Assembly: GCA_028023455.1 (NCBI GenBank) | Contig: JAQFVV010000010.1 | Span: 7,378,001 to 7,442,000 of the forward strand | DNA from: Epiperipatus broadwayi | Taxonomy: Eukaryota > Animalia > Onychophora | DNA length: 64,000 nucleotides | Direction: 5' to 3' | In this document: piece by piece, positions 12,290 to 23,749 of the stretch | How the letters are laid out: each line of letters opens with the position of its first letter | How positions within the stretch are numbered: the stretch's first letter is position 1 | Position numbers and translations under genes: made by a program | The notes under the pieces: model-generated | What the model was told of the DNA's origin: nothing | Database searches by the model: none | The model's input: only the letters and a program-made list of their open reading frames with translations

Positions 12290-14700
12290 TCACATAAATA
12301 CCCTCTAGTATTCAAGGATATCCAAAGACCCTACTCACTCCATTATTATCTATAAAAAATTTGGGTTTCAAATCACTCAAAATAATTTTAAGTACTGAAA
12401 AATTCATTTACTTTTACACCTTCTAAAAGACAATGATAAACCTGACTCAACATCCCCAACAAACAACTTTGCCATAAATTCAAATTTTGGTTACTTGAAA
12501 TAAAATATGATTTTTTACTGAAAAATTAACCTCAATTCATTACCAACACAACACTTTCTAAAATGTAAAAGAAGCTGTCAAAATGTAGCATGCATCCTTT
12601 GTCACAAAGATTCGGAAACACAGGATCACCTTTTTTTTTCGTATCAAGGACTTAAAAACATTCAATCAATAATATATGCATTTTTCAAAAATAAATATAA
12701 ATAGCCTACTTGACTCATTCAAAAAAGAAATCACTGACATAAGGATCAGTATATTCATCTTCCATGCCTTATGGTGTAGAACAGCGTTTCCCAACCTTTT
12801 TTGGCACGCGTACCACTTGGTAGTACATCACGCTAAATTGTACCACTTCGTAAAAATGATCGTATTTCATAAAATTTGTTATTGCGTGTGTTATTTTATT
12901 TGCATTATAAATATTATAGGGTGACTATGTATGTATTCACATCACATAATGAGACAAATTACATTGAAACATGCCTAAATGTCACACCGGATTACAAACT
13001 CACTAAAACTATAAACTCACTGTAACATATTTATATGTATGTGTTTGTTCAAAGTTTCATATTTTTTCCAAAATAATTTATTAAAGATTACATTAAAGGT
13101 TATTTGGTACATATTTTATTCAAAGTGTTTTCTCATTCCTTCATTTGGTTTTCCCGAATTTGAGTCTGTTTTCTCTTTTTCAGAGCATCTTGCTATTGGT
13201 TGGGCCATGGAGAAAATAAACCAGCATGCCCAAAATCATAGTAAAAATAACCTCAGGAATTATCAGGCTATCTCTTGTTTTCTTTATATTGTTCTGCATG
13301 AAGTTAATAGGATTAAAATTTTGATGATTCAATACTAGCTTACATCTAGTAATCCACAATAGATGATCAAGAATTAATGAGTCTAATTTCTGGGTATGAT
13401 CCTTTTCTGATACGTTCTTTCAAATTAAATAATTTAGATTGATTTGCCTTGATCTGACTCATTATTTATTTTTTATTATTTCGTTTACTAATAAATGGTT
13501 TTAATAAAAACACAAAATTATAAAAAAACAATTAATATATTTTCTTATCATAATCAAATATTTTTATAAAATAAATTTAATGAGATTCTTGTGCTTGTTT
13601 CGAACAACATAATTTTTTAAAATTTGGTTCAAAAGATGCGAGTTATACACTTAAGTCTACAGCTGCGTTCAATCTGTTTCGATACTTATTTTTTTAAAAA
13701 ATATATGAAGAAAAAGCTCTTCCTACTAATTCTGTACTAGTAAACGGTAATAATAATTTAAGAGCTTTCTCAGAAAGTTGTTCATATTCTTTAATGTTTA
13801 ACCAAAAATTAATTAGATTGGGTCGTTTGAATTCTACTTGTAAAGTTCTGTCACATGATAATTCTATTAATTTTTTTTTATCCTTTATTGATAATGATGT
13901 AGCTTTTTCTAAATTTTCTGCATAGAAGGGGTTTGAAATCCAATTATCATTTGTGTTTTCGGGTTTTGGAAAATATTCCATGAAAGACCATTTTAATCCA
14001 GTTAAATGTGCTATTATATTTTCTCGTATATCTTGAGACAGACTAACCTTATTTTCAAATAAAAAAATAAGTAGAGTTTGAATACTTCCGGTTGATTGTT
14101 TTCGATACACAGTTTCTAAAAATCTAATTTCTTAATCATACTTTCAATTTTATCATTAACATTAAAGATCGTTATCGACTGTACATATTAACAACTTTAC
14201 AATATTATTAATTAAAATAATTTTTATGAATTATAGGAAAAAACGTTACTATGATATTTTTATGATTTAATTTTTTTTTTATGTCCGCCATTATTGATTA
14301 TTTTTCATGTACCACCAACCAGCAACTCACGTACCACAGGTTGGGAAACACTGGTGTAGAAGGTGTAAATTCATATATAATAACAACAACCCAAGAATGC
14401 ACCCTAACATGTTCAAAAATAAACTGGATAGTATATATCAAAGAGATAAAAGAATAACAAACAAACAGCTACCCTCAAGCCTATTAGAAAAAAATCAGCA
14501 CTCAAGATTAATAAATTTGAAATGAAAGCCAAAAACTAAAAGATACTACTTGCCACCATTACAATATCTCAGATAAAAACCTGCTCATCCAATTGTGAAC
14601 TTTTGCTTGCTTTCTAAACATTGGTATTAATATTCCTAACAATTATTAATAATATGTAGACAAAAGAAATACTATAACCTTTTTTATTTTATTGAATAAA
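12290..14700 (+). mobile_element. 3' part of the L1/Tx1-like LINE (zinc-finger region and 3' end), split by the hAT at 12782-14353
   Basis: CILCHKDSETQDHLFF zinc-binding motif at ~12590-12640. Removing the hAT and one TSD restores the frame FHALWCRRCKFIY. AATAAA at 14695. Confidence 0.7.
12782..14353 (-). mobile_element. Charlie/Buster-type hAT, internally deleted, 1572 bp
   Basis: TIRs CAGCGTTTCCCAACCT / AGGTTGGGAAACACTG and a perfect 8-bp TSD GTGTAGAA (12774-12781, 14354-14361). Transposase C-terminus on the minus strand (WISNPF...FWLNIKEYEQLSEKALKLLLPFTST...). Confidence 0.92.
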
Positions 14701-14792
14701 GTCATTTGAAAGATGATGATAATAATAATAATAAAGATGAATAAAGTCATTTGAAGAAAGATGATGATGATAATAATAATAATAAAGATGAA
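14694..14792 (+). repeat. Two-unit tandem repeat (about 45-54 nt) of GAATAAAGTCATTTGAA+(GAT)n(AAT)n
   Basis: Units start at 14694 and 14739. Probably a duplicated LINE 3' tail. Confidence 0.8.
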
Positions 14793-15528
14793 GAACAGAA
14801 AATGGAAGGACAAAAAAACAAACAAAACAGAATTCATGTGGTAAAATTTAATGAAGAATAAATCCAAAGAATAAAAGAAGAGGAAAAAGAAAGAAACTGC
14901 AATTTTTAAATAAAAATAGCTAAAAATATTTAAAAAAACTGAATAAAAAAAAAGCTTGTTGAAAGTGATCAGAAATGAAATATGGGCAGATTATTGCTTA
15001 TGATAAAGTAACTACAATTAGAAGAAAAAAACATTTCTTCCACTTTTTTTTTTTATAAAGTATATTCATAAATATCTATTTTATATCACAAAAATTTCTT
15101 CTTGCTATATTTATTCCATTTTTTACTTCTACAATTCAACTTGAACTCTTGTAGATAAACACACTGATCAAAAGTTTCCAGTATAAGAAGACCAGAACAA
15201 TGAATGGCTCAAAAATTATTTTTATGGCAGTGTGATATTTGAATAGATGTAGAAAGTTTTATCCAACAAAAAAAAAAAAAAAATCAGATTAATTAATATT
15301 TATAAGAATGAAGTATTTTTCTATAATGTGCAATTCTGATAAATCAGAATTTTCCTGAAACTTCGTTAAAGTAAAGTAAACCATCACGTTTGTAAATAAA
15401 TATTAACATTAATAATAAATTTAAAAAAACAACAAAATATAATATTTAGAAAAAAGATAACCAACCTGATTTAACTAAATTATCTATTAAATTTTATATA
15501 CTTATTTCAAGTCATTATAAAAATTATA

Positions 15529-15748
15529 ATATAAGCATTAGGAACGCTGAATAAGAAATCAAAAGTTTTATTATATTATAATGAGTAGCTTTCGATATCT
15601 TAATCCTGATATCATACTTATAGCAATGACTAATGGATGTGAGGGCTGTTGCTAAGAGTATAATATCAGAAATAAGATATCAAAAACTACTCAGTATAAT
15701 ATAACTTTACTTTAAGCTTTTCTTATTCAGCATTCTTAGTGCTTATAT
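15529..15748. repeat. MITE-like imperfect inverted repeat (~95-bp arms, short loop)
   Basis: ATATAAGCATTAGGAACGCTGAATAAGAAA... pairs with ...TTCTTATTCAGCATTCTTAGTGCTTATAT. Confidence 0.65.
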
Positions 15749-16749
15749 CAATAACAATTGTATAGAAAAAAGTTAACCAACATATATAAAAATTATAATA
15801 ATAATAATTCCTAATAATGCTAATAGTGTAAATGGAGATCTCATTATATTAAATCTCATCTTAAGACATTTCTTAACTAATGTCTAAATAGTGGAATTCT
15901 TTCTATAAAAATATCTTTTTTTTTGTTATTAGACATTCTCTCTCCAGATTAAAGCATTTGTAATATAGGGAAATTATTATTCAAAAATTTTTTCTGAGCA
16001 CTTTTAGACATTAACTAACAAGGAATCTCAAAAATATACAAAAGATTACAATTTCTGTAGCAGATATGTCATTGAAATGTTTAGTTATTAAAAACTCAGC
16101 TCAAAATATGTTCACCCATATGCTATATAAATATACTTGTAATCAGAATTATCCCAGCATTAGACGGACAGGATATACTCCTTTCTTTTGCTCAGCTAAG
16201 GTTCAATTTTATGAATCTTGGTATTTTGTAAAAAGTAAATGAATTAGTTAATGTACACAAATATATTTTAAAAACTTCTTATAAAAAAATCTATGATAGA
16301 AATGAATGAAAGAATGTAAAATGTTGTAAAAATAGAATTTTGTGAATAATAAAAATTTTGAAAATGATTTTATTTATTAACAAATTTTGTATTTATTAAT
16401 TCCAAATTTTCATGTTTTAAAACTTTTTCACACTGTTTCAAATTTATCATCAAATTTTATAATAAATATAAAACCCTTTGAAGGATTTTGTATACCCTAG
16501 AGAGTGCAACAACAGGTAGTAGATAGAAGAAAGCCCTAATCAATGGGTAGGTAAAAAACAAAATAACACTTGTAGACCAATTCTTACTTATAGTGAAAGC
16601 AATTCATCTATAAAAAAAAAACTTTAAAATAAAACCTTAACCTTCCAATTTGAGCCAATAAAAAAATTGAATGTTAACAAAACCCAAAATACAACTTCAT
16701 AATGAAACAAAAAAATGAAGCTAATAAAAACAACAAAATATAATTATGA

Positions 16750-17460
16750 TTTATGGAACATGGAATGTATAAAGTCTATTCAATAATTGAAATGAAATTG
16801 AACAAATGAAAGTTGGTTGTCTTGACAGAAACTAAAAAGAACAAAGTTGAAAAAATTTGAGACATGATCATTTTTATAGTGCCATTTCAAAAGATAAAAG
16901 AGAACAATAGGAAGTATCAATATTAACTGACAGGAGAAAATATATTACAACAGGAAAAGCAACTAATTGTTAATTAATTAAAATATATTTATAAATGAAT
17001 AGAAAATAACAATATTAGTTTATAATATGAATGAAGATACTCCACTAACTATTAAAAATACTTTTTTTTTTTAATAATTAAATAATAAAATTCTAAAAAC
17101 TGAAATAGCTAGAAAAATTGTATTGTTTGGAGATTTTAATGAAAGACCATATAAAAAAAAGAAAAGACAAAACTGTAGGGCAATATGGTGAAGATGTAAC
17201 AAATGATAATGAAATATGTTTAATTAATACACGTGAACAAAATAATATGAAGATACAAAATGAGTTTTTTTAATCAATAAAATTAATTCACAAACATACA
17301 TGGACATAAAACACCCAAAATCTTAATTTATAATAGATTATATAATAGTAAATTAGAAAATGAATTTCCACGTAAAGAGGATCATGTCACAGTCATCACA
17401 ATTAGAATGAAGATGATTCGATCAGATATAAAATCAGAATTTATAGAGTTTATGAACAAA
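16750..17460 (+). mobile_element. RTE-like LINE endonuclease remnant
   Basis: IVLFGDFNER and YGEDVTNDN-like motifs at ~17115-17215. Probably the 5' part of the RT fragment at 19060-20300. Boundaries approximate. Confidence 0.5.
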
Positions 17461-17488
17461 ATGCAGTAATAAAGAAAGATGTAATTTA

Positions 17489-18358
17489 CGATGTCTGATA
17501 ATTAAATTCACAAGCTTACTACTATCCGCTTATGTTGACAGCACTACACAAACAACTCTATAATATTTCATAATCTTGATATATCAGTGTCTAACAGTTA
17601 TATTTAGTTTAAATGTATGGCCATGTCTTCCTGAGTAGCACCCATTACTGCTATTGTGTGTTTTGAATACTATCATGAGAATATTGGAACTTGAATTAGA
17701 GCAACAAACAAACATTAAATTTCTTGTTAAACTCAAAAAGAGTGGAAGTGAAATCAGAGACATGTTAGGGCAAGTTTATAGAGATAATGCCATGAAGAAA
17801 ATGACAATGTACAAACAGAATAAATGTTTTTCTGAGAGGAGAAAAGGCAACCTGATGAAGAGTCAGGCTAGCTAATAATGAACAGAACTGATGAAAATAT
17901 TGCAAAAAAATTGTTGAGTTGTGCATCAAAATTGTCAGTTGATTATGAGGAGTATAGCAGATGTTAAACATTAATAGACAAATATAAAAATCTTAAATGA
18001 AAATTTTGTCATGAGAATACCAACCCATATAACAAATCTGTTGAGAGTTTTACCCAGTAAATAAATAATTGTACTTGTATACTTATCATATTCTCCTGAT
18101 TTAGTCCCCAATGACTTCTTTTTTTACTCAAAGATAAAAAAAATATTGAAAATATATTTTGATGATATTTAGGACATCAAGGGTATAATAACATTGATGA
18201 TCATTCCAGAAAAAGAGTTCCAAAATTGCTGTGAAGGGTAGATTATGAGTGGATGTCAGCCAAGGGAAGTACTTCGAAAATGACCATAGTGATAGTCAGC
18301 AATGAGATATGTAGCACTTTTTTAAAAATTAGTTTGTGAAGTTAATTATCAAACCTTG
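17489..18358 (+). mobile_element. Mariner (irritans/Hsmar2-like), internally deleted
   Basis: TA TSDs at 17487-88 and 18359-60. TIRs CGATGTCTGATAATTAAATTCACAAGCT / AGTTTGTGAAGTTAATTATCAAACCTTG. N-terminus LELEQQTNIKFLVKLKKSGSEIRDMLGQVYRDNAMKK; C-terminus YSPDLVPNDFF...IPEKEFQNCCEG. Confidence 0.9.
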
Positions 18359-18704
18359 TAGATGGTTTAGAACATGAGTGGGTTGGGTCATGATAAAATG
18401 AAGTTATAACTAATACCCAGCTTTGAAGAACATTAGTTATATAAAAAAATGTACATATGGAACTACCAGAAGTATTGAATATATATATAAAAAATGGTTA
18501 TTAAAAAAAAAAAAACATATTGGTGAGGATTGAAATAGAAAAATGAGATAGAAGAAAAATGAGATAGAAGAAAAAAGATATATGTATGTGTCAGAAATAT
18601 TTAAACACCAATATATATAAAAGTAGAAATAAATACAAAAATGCAATTGAAAGTGAGAGGGGGGCAGGAAAGAAAAAAGAAATATGAAAAAGGAATTATA
18701 AAAA

Positions 18705-19028
18705 ACAGCAACACTCACTATATGTATTGCTACACATAGCAAGTTAGAGTAATCAATGGATGCCAGAAGGCTTGTGCATAAAATCCTCATCTAGTGCCTA
18801 CTCATCCAATATCCCCAAGACTAGTTTCTGGCTCGTGGCCTTCGTCAGAAACTAGTCTGGGGATATTGGATGAGTAGACACTAGATGGGGATTTTATGCA
18901 CAAGCCTTCTGGCATCCATCGATTACTCTAGCTTGCTGTGTGTGGCAATACATATAGTGAGTTTTGCCTGTTTTAACAACAGTTATACACAAGCATAAGA
19001 GGTGTGATCATGTGATGTTTATTGGCTT
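18705..19028. mobile_element. HHR-bearing family A, copy 2 (head-to-head arms plus right-side tail)
   Basis: Inverted arms of ~130 bp, a tail ending GATCATGTGATGTTTATTGGCTT, and a 17-bp flanking direct repeat AAAAGGAATTATAAAAA (18688-18704, 19029-19045). Confidence 0.85.
18813..18848 (-). ncRNA. Hammerhead core with canonical CUGACGA but lacking its normal stem I 5' strand
   Basis: Minus strand reads CTGACGA A GGC CACGA GCC A GAAA CTAG TC ttgggg. The upstream tcctca has been replaced by the arm junction. Confidence 0.5.
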
Positions 19029-19059
19029 AAAAGGAATTATAAAAAGAATGATTCATATT

Positions 19060-20300
19060 TGAGTGGAAAGAGAAGCAATGAAAGCTGGAGAAGAATTAAA
19101 AGTTTATGTCAAGAGAAAAGAATTGACATAATACCACTAATTTTCACAAAGAAGAAATAGAAACAGTAGTTCAAAAATTTGTTATCAGAAAGTAATATAG
19201 ACTTTTGCAAAGAATGAAGAATAACATTTACAAATGACAGAATAACCTTTAACGTTAAAAGATATTGAAGTGTTAATAAAACATAAATTACTAAAAATAG
19301 AAAGACTTCTGATTCATGTAGAATTTCATTTGAATTAGTTAATGGACATCAAGTTATTTGAACATTTACATGGATCATACCAAAATTGCATTCGAATAGT
19401 AAGATCCCCCTAAATTGAAAGTGTCATATGTTACAATAATTTGCAAAAAAGGACAGAAAGAATAGTTGTGAAAATTATAAAGGAATAGCAATTAATTATA
19501 CATTGAGTCAGGTATATGGAGAAATCTTGAAAAATAGAATTGAATATAAATATAGTATAGGAGTTTGGAAGCACAGGAACAAGCAGGTTTCCGAGAAGGA
19601 AATCCACAATATACCATTTGTTCGCATTACATAAGTAATAAAAAAGAAAATGGCAAGGATTCAAGTGTCACATCTTTAATACATAGATATTAAAAAGGCA
19701 TATGATAGTATCCCTTTCAAAAGACTGTGATAAACACTATAATTAATAATATATATGCAAAAATAAAAACAGAAAATATATTGGAATAAAAAAATAACCA
19801 CAGGTCTCAAACAAAGATGTTGTTCCTCACAGTATTTATAAAATGGAAAAAGAAATGTGAAAAAATGGAAATTCCTCTACATAGTTATATAACATTTTTT
19901 CCATTGTTCTATGTTAATTATCTAATAGTTTCGGCTCAGGATGTCAAAAAAATGAACTATATGGCTAGATAATGGAGCATGGGAATAAATATAACAAAAA
20001 TAAAAAATATGTGTATTGGAGATTGGAAAAGATGAGAAATATAGATATCTAGTATGAAGATGGTATAAAGACTTATACAGTTGAAGCTGTGAGAGAAAGA
20101 AATATACTGTATAAAAAAACTACACTAATATTATAAGGAATATTATAGTATCAGAATATATCAAATCAGTAAACAAACAATGCATATATAACATAACAGT
20201 GAAAACTATCATTACATATGAAAGCTATTTAGTCTATTGCTCCCAATTGAACCCCATGTACCTTGAAAGAAAAAAATCATCTGATACTGCAAGATTTATT
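19060..20300 (+). mobile_element. RTE-like LINE RT remnant
   Basis: QAGFREG, YIDIKKAYDSIP and TTGLKQRCC motifs in broken frames. Boundaries approximate. Confidence 0.65.
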
Positions 20301-22397
20301 CTACTAAAAGAAAAGCCAAAAACAAATAATGTTGTCTTTCAAACTATTTTGCTTAAAAATGAATAGTCAGGAAATGTTAATACATAAATTTTGTTGAATT
20401 CTTTAAAAGAATATAAAAATTTAAGAATAAAAAAATGTAGTACAGAGAAATTATTGTTTACTTTTATTCTTCCAATTTCATAATTTAATATTTTATGCTG
20501 TAAAATATTTTTTTTTTAAAAACAATATTTGACAGCTTAAAAATGTCTTTGGTGTTATAAGTTTATGTTCTGAAATTTTTAAATTAATAAATATATAATA
20601 ATACTGTAATTAAATACCACTAGCAAATGAGATTAAATGTAAGAATAAACAATTTGATATTTAAATATTTTCTGAAATTTTACTTTTGCATGCCAACAGA
20701 TTTAACAATTGCAAAATAATTATATAAGCCTAAAAGAAGCATTAAGACAATTCTCTGGTAGATGATTTTAATAAATACTGACTATTGTCCTGCAAACTTT
20801 AGGTACAAATCCTGTAGTATATATTAATTTTCAATTATGAATGGGATATAAATCAAAAATTTTGCAATTCTATGCTAGAAGTTCATTTTTAAAACAAATG
20901 GGGACAAAAGAAAAATATGGTGATACTTTTAACATTCAAGCATGATTTTGCGGGCTAATCAACGTGTCATATTTATAATATATCTTTTATGAAGAAATTT
21001 AATTTATTCGTAAGCTGTTGAATAAATGTACTCGTTCACAATAGTGTATATTTGAAATAAAATAAAAATTGCCACTTTATGCTAAAAAATCATATCTAAA
21101 TCAAATGAGATAATAAATAAGTTTTAATATCTATGTATAACAATACTATAATTATAATAAAAATAATAAATTTAACGGTAATAAACTATACTCATAATAG
21201 TTTCACTCAAACATAAATTGCCCTGTTAAAAGTCATGGCAGTTTATTCATTATTGACTCTCAATGTATAAAATATAAAAGCAGCAAGTTTGCAATTCTAC
21301 ATTCTGATATACAAAAATGGCACAACTTTTATTACAGTATTGAATTTTTGCACGTAATAATGTAAAATTTCTTCATAAGCAAATAACTAATTAATATTTA
21401 AATTATGCTAATATATTATTTTATTTTTTAAACATTTTCATTTATTACTCTTGTACTTACAAATATATATTTAAGTGATTTCATTCATTTCCATAACCAA
21501 AAATAGTTAAAAAGCAAGAGTGTTGAAAAAGTAGAGATTATCTGAATTAGAAATGTCTTCATCAAATTTTGAATATTAAATCAAATATATAAAAATAATG
21601 TTAACATATTTAACTTACACAAATGACCATTTATATAATTATGAACATATATTATAAGATACAAATTTTAAATGCATCACTTCCACATATATCATTTTCC
21701 TGATACTATTGTTTGCTTTCTTTGATCTCAAAACTAGGAGAACAATAAAAACATTTCCATTTTTATGTATTTATCATTTTTCCCCTTTGGTCCCTTGAAA
21801 AATGATGGATAGGGGTTTCACTGTACAATAATATATATTTTTAATAATAAAAATAAATTTATTGATTTTAATATTGTTAAGACATTGCCAGTTTTAAAAT
21901 TAAATTATTATAATATTAAAAAAATGAAAATAAACAAATCATGGGCTATGCCCCCCAAAAACCTATAGTCAAAACTGCATCACCTTAAAATAATAATGAT
22001 TCCTTTTTAATTAAAATGTTGATATTTCTCTCATAAACTCAAATTAATCTGAGACCTGTATCCTCTAACCACTTTATAGTTAAACATCCTTTATTGACTA
22101 ATATTGATTAATAGTGGTTAAAAATGATAACGATTGCCAATATTGAATGGCTTTTTTTGGGGATGGGGTGGAGGATACCAACTCCATATACTATGAATAA
22201 TAAAACAGAAAAAGAAATAGGAGAAAGCAATGGAACTAGTAGCTTTTTCTTTGAAGCATGTTTAGTGAAATTTACTTTTACTTAGATTATGGTTGTCATT
22301 TCTATTAGAAATGTATTCTAATTTTTTTTAAAACTTTACCAATATCATTAAAATCATCAGGTTTTTCAACAATTTGACAAGATTTTTCAGAGATCTA

Positions 22398-22781
22398 TTA
22401 ACATCACATGATCACCATTTCTTATGCTAGCACATAACTGTTATTAAAGTAGGCAAAACTCTCCATACAGTAGTGCTACTCAGTGCCAACCAGAGTAATC
22501 AATGGATGCCAGAAGGCTTGTGCATAAAATCCCCATCTAGTGCCTACTCAGCCAATATCCCCAGACTAGTTTCTGGAGGGTTGCATTAGATCCTAACATC
22601 TAGGTGCAGTGCTCTCAGATCCAAAGCTCCTCACTGACAAAGGCCACAAGCCAGAAACTAGTCTGGGGATATTGGATGAGTAGGCACTAGATGGGGATTT
22701 TATGCACAAGCCTTCTGGCATTCATTGATTACTCTGGTTGGCACTGAGTGGCACTACTGTATGGAGAGTTTTGCCTACGTT
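22398..22781. mobile_element. HHR-bearing family A, copy 3 (left-side tail plus head-to-head arms)
   Basis: Near-perfect inverted arms 22449-~22575 and ~22650-22778. The left tail is the reverse complement of the copy 2/4 tail. Possible 7-bp TSD AGATCTA (22391-97, 22782-88). Confidence 0.85.
22628..22669 (+). ncRNA. Type I hammerhead-like motif with a G8-to-A core change
   Basis: tcctca CTGACAA A GGC CACAA GCC A GAAA CTAG TC tgggga, identical to copy 1. Confidence 0.5.
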
Positions 22782-23690
22782 AGATCTACTAATTCTTCTA
22801 ACTTGTAAATCATGAGATTTACTTTCACTTTAACTATAGTTTTTTGCTTTATTATATTCACCACACCAATGCTCTTAATTTGATTATGTTAATCAACACT
22901 TTTACTTCAGTTGCATTTGAACTTGTAAAAATATTTCCAAAGTTTATCCAGCTTATACATGCATTTCAAATTGTAGGCATGGTGCGCAGCCAGCAAACAA
23001 CAATATTATGAGAATCTTCTATTATAATATTGTTTTTTTTTTTTAATGAAATTTAATCTTTTATAATATAGGTTTGTAATTATTAAAATATAAATAATGG
23101 AATATATAAATTAAATGAATATATAAAATGTTTAATTAAATTAATATATGTAAACATTAATTATATATTTACACAATGACTATTTAATCATTAACACAAA
23201 TATTTCAAAAATAAAATTAAAAAAAAAAAAAACATTTAAAAAAATATATGAACCAATCAAATTCTACAGAAAAATATATTTTGAACATTTCTAATAATTT
23301 TTTATATAAAGAAAAATATATATATTTTTTTTCAATTAAATTTTAAAATTTTTAATGAAACTTAATCATTAAACATCTTAAAATGTATGATTAATACTTT
23401 TAACATTTATTATTGTTACACAGATATAAAATTATGTTAACAATTAAGCATAAGTAAATTAATGTTGTGGTATATGTCTATTGCAAATGGCAATTTATTG
23501 GAAGAATTCATCTTTTTGTCCATTCTTTATTTTTAAATGATCAGCTTCAGCTGACCAGATTTTGGTAAAATGTTTGAAAATATAAAGTTCTTTGAAATAT
23601 TCTGTAGCAAGATTCCACAATAAAAGAATCAGAAGGATTTTCTACTTACTATAACAGCAGCAAAGAACTTTAATAGCTATAAAGACTTAC

Positions 23691-23749
23691 CATAAAAACA
23701 TCGTCATCACCTATTTCAGTATCATTTGCATTAGAAGAATCAGGAGACC
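23691..23749 (-). CDS. Spred: Internal 59-nt Spred exon encoding (G)SPDSSNANDTEIGDDDVFM
   Basis: Minus strand reads ttttgttttAG|GG TCT CCT GAT ... GGT GAT GAC GAT GTT TTT ATG|GTAAGT. The GDDDVF motif follows the EVH1 domain in Spred proteins (recalled from vertebrate SPRED2 ELGDDDVFT). Phase 1 in and phase 0 out, which fits the terminal exon. Confidence 0.88.

Larger units (their letters stand above)
1612..23690 (-). other. Spred: Spred intron (22,079 nt, GT-AG, phase 0)
   Basis: GTAAGT donor at 23685-23690 and pyrimidine-tract AG acceptor at 1612-1613. Splicing gives the in-frame sequence DDDVFM-TLELPLER. Confidence 0.8.

Noticed and set aside
17850-17900. CTGATGA motifs that could be HHR cores
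   Set aside because: They are codons of the mariner transposase (DEE and DEN), with no following stem II-GAAA.
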